A DNA stretch of 50,198 nucleotides, taken from the sequence record DRR723986_2405. One strand, 5' to 3'. This document shows, in pieces, positions 1-8,474 of this stretch; position 1 is the first letter of the stretch; each line of letters opens with the position of its first letter. The notes beneath the pieces were generated by a model. That model searched no databases. It was not told the origin of the DNA and worked only from the letters and a program-made list of their open reading frames with translations. Both the position numbers and the translations under genes were made by a program.

Positions 1-822
1 CTTGGCACCGTCGAAGTTCATCACACAGGTTGCAGAGGCTTTGATGCCCATTTTGTGCTCGATGCTGCCACAGCTCACGCCATTGCGCTCACCGACGTTG
101 TTGTCTGCATCGGGCAGGAATTTAGGTACCAGGAACAGGGAGATGCCCTTGGTTCCCGCTGGCGCACCTTCAATGCGAGCCAGTACTAGGTGAATGATGT
201 TTTCCATCATGTCGTGCTCGCCACCTGAGATAAAGATCTTGGTGCCGGTCACGTTGTAGCTACCATCGGCATTGGCTTCGGCCTTCGTGCGCAGAATGCC
301 CAGATCTGAGCCGCAATGTGGCTCGGTCAGACACATTGTGCCGCCCCAGGTGCCGTCGGTCATTTTAGGCAGGTATTCGTTTTGCAGCTCTTCACTGGCA
401 TAGTTCTCCAGCAGGCGCGCAGCCGACTGAGACAAGCCGGTGTACATACCCCACGCCCAGCACGCTGAGCTAACCATTTCGGTCACAACCAGGCCGAGTG
501 AGTTGGGCAGGCCCTGGCCGCCAAAGCGGGCGTCGGCCGTCATTGATGGCCAACCACCTTCAGCAAATTGTTGGTAGGCTTCTTTAAAGCCGGTTGGCGT
601 CTTTACGCCGTCTTCCGACCATACACAGCCTTCCTGATCGCCCACTTGGTTAAGCGGCGACAGAACGTTTTCAGAAAATTTGGCGCCTTCAGAAAGGATG
701 GCGTCCAGCAGATCCTCGCTCACTTCTTCACGGCCGGCCAGGCTCGCAAAATGCTCGTTTGCGTTGAGCACATTTTTGAGTACGAAATTAATATCGCGTA
801 GTGGCGCTTTATATTGCGGCAT
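1..822 (-). CDS. Acyl-CoA dehydrogenase (N-terminal part; runs off the window start)
   Basis: Not in the ORF track because it has no stop in the window. Manual minus-strand translation from ATG at 822 gives MPQYKAPLRDINFVLKNVLN..., and later GTMCLTEPHCGSDLG and GTKIFISGGEHD, which are typical ACAD motifs. Confidence 0.93.
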   Translation of the reverse strand, partial: MPQYKAPLRDINFVLKNVLNANEHFASLAGREEVSEDLLDAILSEGAKFSENVLSPLNQVGDQEGCVWSEDGVKTPTGFKEAYQQFAEGGWPSMTADARFGGQGLPNSLGLVVTEMVSSACWAWGMYTGLSQSAARLLENYASEELQNEYLPKMTDGTWGGTMCLTEPHCGSDLGILRTKAEANADGSYNVTGTKIFISGGEHDMMENIIHLVLARIEGAPAGTKGISLFLVPKFLPDADNNVGERNGVSCGSIEHKMGIKASATCVMNFDGAK

Positions 823-1081
823 GATGAAACCTCACGTTAGTTACTGCGAGCGATGAATCGCTGCAATGTTGACGGTGACAACTATATCGATTTATCTACG
901 TTGCGCAAGGCCGAAAAGATCAAGGATTTTGTCATCTCGGCCAATAAAATAAGCACTAAACCCAGCAAAAACATAAACTTACATAATTATGACGCTTTGC
1001 TAGGGAATTCTACGGATTTAGCCAAAAAGATGGATGACGCTAATCTTGGCCCCAGATACTAAGAACCATAGACGAAAACCT

Positions 1082-1501
1082 ATGAATTACCGCCCCCACG
1101 GTGAGCACAGACTCCACTGCGACGATGACATTATCACCGCTGAGCTATTGGGTACCTGGAACGCCGAAGCCGCCGAACACTATGGCCGCGATTTACGCGC
1201 GCACATTCGCCGTTTAAATGGCCGCCCCTGGGCGCGGATTATCGACCTGCGCGGCTATGAGCTACACACTCCCGAGGTCATAGAAATGGGTAAGCAGTTT
1301 GCCGCGTGGGCGGCAGAAAACGGCTGCGTCTTTCACTGCTACATCTATTCCAATGTTCTGCAGCGAGATACGGTGAAAGCCATGTTTGATGACAGTAGCC
1401 AAGCCCGCGATGAAGCCACCACGATGGAAGAAGCCGTAGAGAAATGCCGACGCGCACTGGCGTGCGCCGCCAGGGCATCAGGGGATTTGCAGCGCCGCTA
1501 G
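1082..1501 (+). CDS. Hypothetical protein, STAS/SpoIIAA-like fold suspected
   Basis: ORF 1034..1501, with a likelier ATG at 1082 (MNYRPHG). The pattern LLGTWN...WARIIDLRGYELHTPEV resembles small STAS/SEC14-like proteins. Its 3' end overlaps bioD by 24 nt. Confidence 0.6.
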   Translation: MNYRPHGEHRLHCDDDIITAELLGTWNAEAAEHYGRDLRAHIRRLNGRPWARIIDLRGYELHTPEVIEMGKQFAAWAAENGCVFHCYIYSNVLQRDTVKAMFDDSSQARDEATTMEEAVEKCRRALACAARASGDLQRR

Positions 1502-2173
1502 GTCGATAAACGGTGCCACATCCACACCACTTGCCCCCTTGCCCAGGTGCGGCACCACGCCGAGACAAGGCGCAGGAAGCATCGCTTTTAAGGTTTCAAG
1601 ATTCTCGTCAAACCGAGCCATTTCCGGGTCGACCCTATTTGCCACCCAGCCCGCCAGCGGCAAGCCGTCGCCGCGAATTGCCTCCGCGCTTAACAGCGCA
1701 TGGTTAATGCAGCCGAGCTTCATTCCCACCACCAGAACCACCGGTAAATTTAGCTCGATGACCAAGTCCGCCAGGGTCTCGCGCTGGTTTAATGGTACTC
1801 GCCAGCCTCCGGCCCCCTCTACCAATAACAGGTCAGCGGGGCGCATCATCGCGCCGCGGCAATAGCCCGCCAATTGGGCAGCGCTCAAACGTCGCCCGGC
1901 GTGCTCGGCCGCGATATGCGGCGCAATCGGCTCTGCAAAAACCACCGGATTTACCTGCTCGTAACTCATCGGCTCAGACATCGCCGACATCAACGCCAGC
2001 GCATCGTCGTTGCGCAACTCGCCATCGACCGGTTCCGCCCCCGCCGCTACCGGTTTCAGCGCCAGGGTGCGCAAGCCCTGCTGCCTGGCGGCTTCGAGCA
2101 CGCCGCAGGCGATCAGGGTTTTGCCCGCATCGGTATCGGTACCAGCGATAAACAGCTTTTGGCGGCGCGTCAT
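1478..2173 (-). CDS. bioD: Dethiobiotin synthase
   Basis: FIAGTDTDAGKT P-loop, LKPVAAG, VEGAGG and LGCINHALL motifs; last gene of the bio operon. Confidence 0.97.
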   Translation of the reverse strand: MTRRQKLFIAGTDTDAGKTLIACGVLEAARQQGLRTLALKPVAAGAEPVDGELRNDDALALMSAMSEPMSYEQVNPVVFAEPIAPHIAAEHAGRRLSAAQLAGYCRGAMMRPADLLLVEGAGGWRVPLNQRETLADLVIELNLPVVLVVGMKLGCINHALLSAEAIRGDGLPLAGWVANRVDPEMARFDENLETLKAMLPAPCLGVVPHLGKGASGVDVAPFIDLAALQIP

Positions 2174-2186
2174 CAGGGGGGCTCCT

Positions 2187-3752
2187 CTAAGGTTGTTTAT
2201 CCAGCTCCAGGTACCACACCTGATAACTGGCGGGCAGCCCGGCCGGTTGGCGAAATGCTTCGTAGGCCTGCTGCAGTGCTTGCAAGCGTTTGCGACTAGC
2301 CAGCCCCTGAGGGCGGTCGCGATTCACATTGCTCACGCCCAGCTGTTTGAGCTCTCGGGTTAGGGCGGTCACCGTCGGGTAATACAACACCTCGGTAGCC
2401 TGCCGCCACTGCACCCGCAGCCCCGACGCGGCGATGGCCGTGTCCAGCGCCTGCCGGGGGATAAAGCGGTTCACATGGGCATAGCCATCAACGTTTTGCC
2501 ACGCCTCGCGAAGCTCGAACAAGGTCTCGGGGCCAAGGGTTGCGATGAAGGCTTTGCCGCCCGGGGCCAATACCCGGTCAATCTCTGAAAACAGCGCCGA
2601 TACATTTTCGCACCACTGCAAAGACAGGCTGGAAAACAGCAGATCGACACGGGCATCGGCCAGCGGCAGGTCTTCGGCATCGCCGCAGACCCATTGCTGG
2701 CAGTCTTCAGAGTGATGCTCGCTGGCATAGGCAAGCATCCCCTCAGCCAGGTCGACCCCAACAAGCTGGGCATCGTTAAAGCGCTGACGCAACGCCGGCA
2801 AGCTGTAACCGGTGCCGCAGCCCAGGTCGACCAGCGTTTGTGGTGCACGTTGGTGGGCAAGCAAGCGAAATAGTTCGTCCGCGACCCGGCGCTGCAAGGT
2901 CGCGGCACGGTCGTAACTGTTTGCCGCCCGGGAAAACGATCGCGCGACATCGCGCTTTTCAAAATGGCGCTCAATGCCGGGTGGCATCGCCTCGGCAATA
3001 CAGTCTTTTTCAAAGGCGATGATGTCGCTAACAAACTGCTCCGGCTGCGACAAAAAAGGGATATGCCCTGCTCCGGCGTAACACAGGCTGCGCGCAGCGG
3101 GCACCGTTTCTGCCAGGGCGGCTGGCACCAGCGCATCGTCACTGCCGTAGATATTCATCACCGGGCACGACAAGCCCGCGTAGGTCTCGCGCTGATCCAG
3201 CTCGCGCAGACAATCCAGCCCCCAGCGCAGCGCCTCCGGCTCCGCGTGGCACGACGGCAACAGTCGACGCAGCGCGCGTGCGCTGACATCGCCCTGCAAT
3301 TGCAGGGTATTGAAACGCTTTCGTGTTTTTTCCGGCTGCTCCAGCAAGCCAGTGTAGAACGCGGCAAAATCTTCTCCGGGCATGGCCAGCGACCACTGCG
3401 CATTGGCAACAAAACGCAAATTGCTGGCAAGGCGAACCAAGCCGCTCACGCGACCCGGTGCAGCGAGCGCCAGCTCGCCTGCCAGCAGCCCTCCCAGCGA
3501 CCAACCCACATATAAAGCGCGGGCGGGCAGTTGCGCCAGCAGCGCCTGCACAACAGATTCAAGCGACATATCGGCCAGTAATGGGCTTCGACCGCAGCCA
3601 GGCAGGTCAATAATAGTTACCGAGAAATTCGCTCGCAGTGCTGGCAACAGCGGCCGCCAAATTTCACTGCAGCTACCCCAGCCGTGCAGCAGCACCAGCT
3701 CTGCAGAGGCATCTGAGCTTGACGGCAGGCGCTCCCGGTAGAGTGCACTCAC
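2187..3752 (-). CDS. bioHC: Fused pimeloyl-ACP methyl ester carboxylesterase (BioH) / malonyl-ACP O-methyltransferase (BioC)
   Basis: One uninterrupted ORF. The N-half is an alpha/beta hydrolase (LLHGWG, DLPGCG, GWSLGG, GHIPF). The C-half is BioC (VARSFSRAANSYD, DLGCGTG, SSLSLQW). The likely GTG start at 3752 overlaps the bioF stop (GTGA). Confidence 0.93.
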   Translation of the reverse strand: MSALYRERLPSSSDASAELVLLHGWGSCSEIWRPLLPALRANFSVTIIDLPGCGRSPLLADMSLESVVQALLAQLPARALYVGWSLGGLLAGELALAAPGRVSGLVRLASNLRFVANAQWSLAMPGEDFAAFYTGLLEQPEKTRKRFNTLQLQGDVSARALRRLLPSCHAEPEALRWGLDCLRELDQRETYAGLSCPVMNIYGSDDALVPAALAETVPAARSLCYAGAGHIPFLSQPEQFVSDIIAFEKDCIAEAMPPGIERHFEKRDVARSFSRAANSYDRAATLQRRVADELFRLLAHQRAPQTLVDLGCGTGYSLPALRQRFNDAQLVGVDLAEGMLAYASEHHSEDCQQWVCGDAEDLPLADARVDLLFSSLSLQWCENVSALFSEIDRVLAPGGKAFIATLGPETLFELREAWQNVDGYAHVNRFIPRQALDTAIAASGLRVQWRQATEVLYYPTVTALTRELKQLGVSNVNRDRPQGLASRKRLQALQQAYEAFRQPAGLPASYQVWYLELDKQP

Positions 3753-4954
3753 GAATGAAATTCCAGCAATTGCGGCGCCACATCCCAACATGCTGATTCG
3801 AGCGTCGCTAACAGCTGTTCAATATCTTCCCGGCTGTGCGCGGCACTCAAGGTGATGCGCAGCCGCGCGGTACCGAGCGGCACGGTGGGGGGGCGGATAG
3901 CGGAAACCAATACGCCGCGAGCTTCCAACTCACGACTCAGCGCCAATGCCAGGGCATCGTCATTCACCATCAGCGGCTGAATCGCGGTTTGCGATGCCAT
4001 TAGCGGCAGCCCCAGGCGCTTCGCTTCCGCCCGAAAAAAGTCGATGTGCTCGGCCAAGCGCTGCCGACGCCAGCCCTCACTGTGCAGGAGGTCCAGTGAT
4101 GCCAGCGTTGCCGCCGCGACTGCGGGGGGCATGGCAGTGGTGTAAATATAGGGGCGCGCAAACTGGATCAGGCTTTCGATCAGCGTCGCGCTTCCGGCGA
4201 TGAAGGCACCAAAGCTGCCCAGCGCCTTGCCGAGTGTGGCCATAAGTACTGGCAATTGCCGGGTATCCAGGCCGAGCATTTCAGCCGTTCCTGCACCGCG
4301 CTCGCCCAGTACACCAAAGCCGTGAGCGTCGTCGGCCATCAGCCAGGCATTGTGCCCGCGAGCCAGGTCGGCCATTTCAGCCAGGGGGGCCAGATCGCCG
4401 TCCATGCTGTAAACCGCGTCTACCGCTATCAGGCGCTGACCAGTGTGGGGGAGTTTTTTTAGTCGGCGCTCGAGATCCGCCGAATCGCTGTGTTGAAAGC
4501 GCTGCATTTTTGCGCCGCTTAGCAAGCCGCCATCCAGCAGCGAGGCGTGATTCAAGCGATCTTCTAGCAGGTGGTCGCCGCGCTGCATCAAGCCAGCAAT
4601 AAGCCCCAAATTCGCCATGTAGCCGGTGGAAAAAAGCAGCGCGCGCTCCCTGCCGGTAAATTCGGCGAGGCGCTGCTCCAGCTCGTGATGCAGACTGGAA
4701 TGGCCGCAGATCAGGTGCGATGCGCCACCGCCCACACCATAGTCTTTGGCGGCAGCCTGCATGGCTTCAATGAGTTTGGGATGGCCGGCGTGTCCGAGAT
4801 AGTCATTACTGCAAAACTGCAGCACGGTGCGGCCGTTGAGCTGGATGCGCGCACCTTGTGCACTCTCCAGCTCTCGGCGGTGTCGATATAAAGACTGCTC
4901 GCGACGCTCCGCCAGCCGCTGCTGTAGGTGCAGCTCCATGGTTGGCGTTGTCAC
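3749..4954 (-). CDS. bioF: 8-amino-7-oxononanoate synthase
   Basis: FCSNDYLG, FSTGYMAN, DRLNHASL, DDAHGFG, TLGKALG (PLP lysine) and AIRPPTVP motifs. Confidence 0.97.
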   Translation of the reverse strand: MTTPTMELHLQQRLAERREQSLYRHRRELESAQGARIQLNGRTVLQFCSNDYLGHAGHPKLIEAMQAAAKDYGVGGGASHLICGHSSLHHELEQRLAEFTGRERALLFSTGYMANLGLIAGLMQRGDHLLEDRLNHASLLDGGLLSGAKMQRFQHSDSADLERRLKKLPHTGQRLIAVDAVYSMDGDLAPLAEMADLARGHNAWLMADDAHGFGVLGERGAGTAEMLGLDTRQLPVLMATLGKALGSFGAFIAGSATLIESLIQFARPYIYTTAMPPAVAAATLASLDLLHSEGWRRQRLAEHIDFFRAEAKRLGLPLMASQTAIQPLMVNDDALALALSRELEARGVLVSAIRPPTVPLGTARLRITLSAAHSREDIEQLLATLESACWDVAPQLLEFHS

Positions 4955-4959
4955 GGCGT

Positions 4960-6018
4960 TTATGCTGTTGCGTCGTAGAAAAATTTGTCGTTGCGCGCTT
5001 TTTCCATCTCACCCAGCAGAGCCGCTTCCGTCGCCTCATCATCGGCCTCAGCGCAGCGCTGCTCGGGTTTGATACCGAGGCGTTCGAACAACTGCAGGTC
5101 CTTGTTGGCTTCGGGGTTTGGCGTGGTAAGCAGCTTTTCGCCGTAGAAGATCGAGTTGGCACCGGCAAAATACGCCAGGGCATGCATTTGCTCGTTCATC
5201 TCCTCACGCCCCGCCGACAGGCGCACGTGGGATTTGGGCATCAGGATACGCGCCACCGCGATGGTGCGAATAAAGTCGAAGGGGTCGAGGTCAACTTCTT
5301 CAGCCAGGGGCGTCCCTTCAACGCGCACCAACATATTGATGGGCACGCTCTCGGGGTGCTCCGGCAGGTTGGCCAACTGGATAAGCAAGCCGGCGCGGTC
5401 TTTCACGGACTCGCCCATGCCAACGATTCCTCCGCTGCACACTTTAATGCCCGCATCGCGCACATTCGCCAGCGTGTTCAGGCGGTCGCCGTAGGTGCGT
5501 GTAGTGATAATTTCACCGTAGTACTCCGGCGAGGTATCGAGGTTGTGGTTGTAGTAATCCAGCCCCGCCTCAGCCAGCTCCGCAGCCTGCTCACCGCTGA
5601 GCATCCCGAGGGTCATGCAGGTTTCCAGCCCCATCTCTTTCACGCCCTTCACCATGGCGGTCACGTAGGGCATGTCCTTCTTCTTGGGTGAGCGCCACGC
5701 CGCCCCCATACAGAACCGGGTCGAACCCTGGGCCTTGGCAGCACGTGCCTCTTGCAGCACTTTTTCCACTTCCATTAGTTTTTCTTTTTCCAAGCCAGTG
5801 TCGTAGCGGTTGCTCTGCGGGCAGTATTTGCAGTCCTCCGGGCAAGCGCCCGTTTTGATCGACAGCAGCGTGCTTACCTGAACGCTATTGGCATCGAAAT
5901 TCGCGCGGTGAACGCTTTGCGCTTGAAACAGCAGGTCGTTAAAGGGTTGTTCAAACAGGGCTTGAACTTCCTCAGGGCTCCAGTCGTGACGAATTGAAGA
6001 CGCTTCCATACTGCTCAT
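4960..6018 (-). CDS. bioB: Biotin synthase
   Basis: Radical SAM motif CPEDCKYC, plus YNHNLDT and VRLSAGR. Start uncertain (TTG 6027, ATG 6018 or ATG 6009). Confidence 0.98.
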   Translation of the reverse strand: MSSMEASSIRHDWSPEEVQALFEQPFNDLLFQAQSVHRANFDANSVQVSTLLSIKTGACPEDCKYCPQSNRYDTGLEKEKLMEVEKVLQEARAAKAQGSTRFCMGAAWRSPKKKDMPYVTAMVKGVKEMGLETCMTLGMLSGEQAAELAEAGLDYYNHNLDTSPEYYGEIITTRTYGDRLNTLANVRDAGIKVCSGGIVGMGESVKDRAGLLIQLANLPEHPESVPINMLVRVEGTPLAEEVDLDPFDFIRTIAVARILMPKSHVRLSAGREEMNEQMHALAYFAGANSIFYGEKLLTTPNPEANKDLQLFERLGIKPEQRCAEADDEATEAALLGEMEKARNDKFFYDATA

Positions 6019-6054
6019 ATCTGACAATCTCTAGGGGCTGATCGAAAGACTATA

Positions 6055-6082
6055 ATGATACAGGCAGCCCCTTCGCTGTCAA
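6055..6082 (-). promoter_or_regulatory. Putative sigma70 promoter of the bio operon
   Basis: Minus strand TTGACA (6082-6077), 16-nt spacer, TATCAT (6060-6055). The -35 coincides with a BirA half-site. Confidence 0.55.
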
Positions 6083-6107
6083 CCAACGCAGGACGCCATG
6101 GTTTACA
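6077..6107. promoter_or_regulatory. BirA (biotin repressor) operator
   Basis: TGTCAACC-N15-GGTTTACA directly upstream of bioB, matching the proteobacterial BirA consensus TGTaAACC-N14-16-GGTTtACA. Confidence 0.88.
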
Positions 6108-6817
6108 AGTCGATTCGCGCCTCATTGCAACTCCTCTTCCCACCCCAGTGCCTGCTGTGCCTGGATCACAGCGGTGCCACCACGGAGGTCTGCTCTGCCT
6201 GCCGCGCTACGCTGCCCTGGCTGGGCCACCATTGCCGACGCTGCGCGCTGCCGCTAGCCACGGCGAATGCCGAGCTATGCGGCCGCTGCCTACAACGGCC
6301 GCCGCGCTTTCATCAATGCCTGTGTGCGCTGAATTACCGCTTCCCGGTGGACAGCCTGCTCGCCGACTTTAAACATCACGCCAAGCCGCCCAGCGGCCGT
6401 CTGTTGGCACAACTTTGGTTAGAGCGATGCTCGGCGGCGGCTGCCGAGCCGCTTCCCGATGCGCTCGTGCCCGTACCCCTGCATTGGCGGCGTCGCTGGC
6501 AACGCGGCTACAACCAGTCGCTGCTTGTCAGTCAATTTTGGGGGAACGCCCTGGCGATCCCGGTTGCGGATCTGCTTCGCCGCCAGCATGCGACACCGCC
6601 GCAACAGGGGCTGACGGCGGCAGAGCGCCGCCGCAATATGAAAAATGCCTTCCACCTGGCAAACCCCGACCGCATTCGCGGCAAGCACCTGGCACTGGTA
6701 GACGATGTGCTCACCACAGGCACGACAGCCAATGCGGCGGCCGCTATACTGCTGCGCGCCGGCGCAACGCGAGTAGACGTCTGGTGCCTGGCCCGGACTC
6801 CCGCGCCCGGCCAATGA
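6098..6817 (+). CDS. comF: ComF family competence protein (zinc ribbon + phosphoribosyltransferase domain)
   Basis: Four CxxC pairs, VPVPLH, RGYNQS and LVDDVLTTGTT motifs; divergent from bioB as is typical. Confidence 0.93.
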   Translation: MVYKSIRASLQLLFPPQCLLCLDHSGATTEVCSACRATLPWLGHHCRRCALPLATANAELCGRCLQRPPRFHQCLCALNYRFPVDSLLADFKHHAKPPSGRLLAQLWLERCSAAAAEPLPDALVPVPLHWRRRWQRGYNQSLLVSQFWGNALAIPVADLLRRQHATPPQQGLTAAERRRNMKNAFHLANPDRIRGKHLALVDDVLTTGTTANAAAAILLRAGATRVDVWCLARTPAPGQ

Positions 6818-6835
6818 CTCGTCAATGGGAATACC

Positions 6836-7837
6836 ATGAAGGCCACCGACAATACCGACCAGCAAAACTTTGCCGCCCTCGACCCCGACCGCGTTATTGA
6901 CGCTGTCGAGTCGCTGGGGTTTGTCAGCGACTTGCGCGTGTTCCCGCTGAACAGTTACGAGAACCGGGTTTATCAGTTCGGCATCGAAGACGCCGAGCCT
7001 CTCGTGGTTAAGTTTTATCGCCCGCAGCGCTGGAGCAACGCCCAGATCAGCGAGGAACATCGCTTTACACAGCAGCTGTGTGATGCAGACATCCCAGTGA
7101 TCCCGCCCTGGCAAAACGACGATGGGCAGAGCCTGTTCGAACACGAAGGGTATCGCTTCGCGCTTTACCCCCGGCGCGGCGGTCACGCCCCGGCGCTGGA
7201 TGACATGGAAAACCTGTTTCAATTGGGGCGCCTGTTCGGCCGCCTTCACCTGGTGGGCGAAACGGAAGATTTCCAACATCGCCCGACCCTCACCCCACAA
7301 ACCTTTGGCGAGCACAGCAGCCACTATCTGCTGGAAAATGACTTTATTCCGGACAGCCTGCGCCAGGCCTACGAGAGCCTGGCCCGCGACTTATTGGCGT
7401 TAATTGAACAACGTTTTAGCGACTGCCAAGCGCGCAATATTCGCTGCCACGGCGACGGTCACGTTGGCAATATATTGTGGCGCGACGGCGACACCCAGCT
7501 GGTCGATTTTGACGACAGCCGCATGGCGCCGGCTATCCAAGACCTGTGGATGTTTCTCTCCGGCGATACTGATGCTCGCCAAAAAGCGCTGATGGAGCTG
7601 GTCGAGGGCTACGAGGAATTTCGCAGCTTCGACAGCCGCGAATTGATGCTGGTGGAGGCCCTGCGCGGGCTGCGCATCATGCACCACGCGGCGTGGCTAG
7701 CGCAGCGCTGGAGCGACCCCGCCTTTCCCCGCGCCTTCCCCTGGTTTAACACCGAGCGCTATTGGGGCGAGCACATACTGATGCTGCGCGAGCAACTGGC
7801 ATTGGTCCAGGAGCCCGCCCTCAAGCTGAGTGTGTAA
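6836..7837 (+). CDS. srkA: Stress response Ser/Thr kinase SrkA/RdoA (YihE)
   Basis: LNSYENRVYQ, VKFYRPQRW, HGDGHVGN, DFDD and DPAFPRAFPWF motifs. Confidence 0.93.
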   Translation: MKATDNTDQQNFAALDPDRVIDAVESLGFVSDLRVFPLNSYENRVYQFGIEDAEPLVVKFYRPQRWSNAQISEEHRFTQQLCDADIPVIPPWQNDDGQSLFEHEGYRFALYPRRGGHAPALDDMENLFQLGRLFGRLHLVGETEDFQHRPTLTPQTFGEHSSHYLLENDFIPDSLRQAYESLARDLLALIEQRFSDCQARNIRCHGDGHVGNILWRDGDTQLVDFDDSRMAPAIQDLWMFLSGDTDARQKALMELVEGYEEFRSFDSRELMLVEALRGLRIMHHAAWLAQRWSDPAFPRAFPWFNTERYWGEHILMLREQLALVQEPALKLSV

Positions 7838-8005
7838 ATTTTCACCGCGTGATCCAAAGCAGATTAACGTTCGTAAAGATAGGCTTTACACTATCGCGGC
7901 AACGTTGCTGGACTGTGCGCTAGGTGCAAGCACAGCGCGATCAAACACTCTACAATTGCCAAAGCACTCCACCGTTCCACACATAATAAGAGTGCAGGAG
8001 AAGTC

Positions 8006-8464
8006 ATGTTTACAATCCGAGTAAATGGTGAAGACCACACCGTTGACGTACCCGAAGATAAACCCCTGCTGTGGGTTTTGCGCGAAGATTTAAAGCTCAC
8101 GGGCAGCAAGTACGGCTGCGGACAAGCCCTGTGTGGCGCCTGTACGGTGCATGTTGACGACCAGCCCACCCGCTCCTGCGTAATGCCAATTAGCGCCGCA
8201 GAGGGCCACAACATCACCACCGTGGAAGCGATTGACCAACAGCAGATTGGCCGGCTGGTTCAGCAGGCCTGGCAAGAGCTAAACGTTCCCCAGTGCGGGT
8301 ACTGCCAGTCCGGGCAGGTGATGGCGGCTACCGCCTTACTGACGGAAAACCGCTCGCCCAGCGACCGCGATATTGACGAAGCCATGTCTGGCAATATCTG
8401 CCGCTGCGGCACCTATGCCCGCATCCGCAAGGCCATTCACAAGATCGCAGACGAACAACTGTAA
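8006..8464 (+). CDS. 2x[2Fe-2S] small subunit of an isoquinoline 1-oxidoreductase/aldehyde oxidase-type Mo-hydroxylase
   Basis: KYGCGQALCGACTV, QCGYCQSGQ and GNICRCGTY motifs. Confidence 0.93.
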   Translation: MFTIRVNGEDHTVDVPEDKPLLWVLREDLKLTGSKYGCGQALCGACTVHVDDQPTRSCVMPISAAEGHNITTVEAIDQQQIGRLVQQAWQELNVPQCGYCQSGQVMAATALLTENRSPSDRDIDEAMSGNICRCGTYARIRKAIHKIADEQL

Positions 8465-8474
8465 GGGGGCCCGC

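Noticed and set aside
853-1062. 69-aa ORF in the AT-rich intergenic region
   Set aside because: No recognisable motif or RBS; it spans what looks like a divergent promoter region.
4858-5691. Long antisense or alternate-frame ORFs (also 6419-7324, 14334-15068, 26408-27085, 33674-34390, 42930-43607)
   Set aside because: Shadow ORFs opposite well-supported genes, as expected in GC-rich coding DNA; no motifs.
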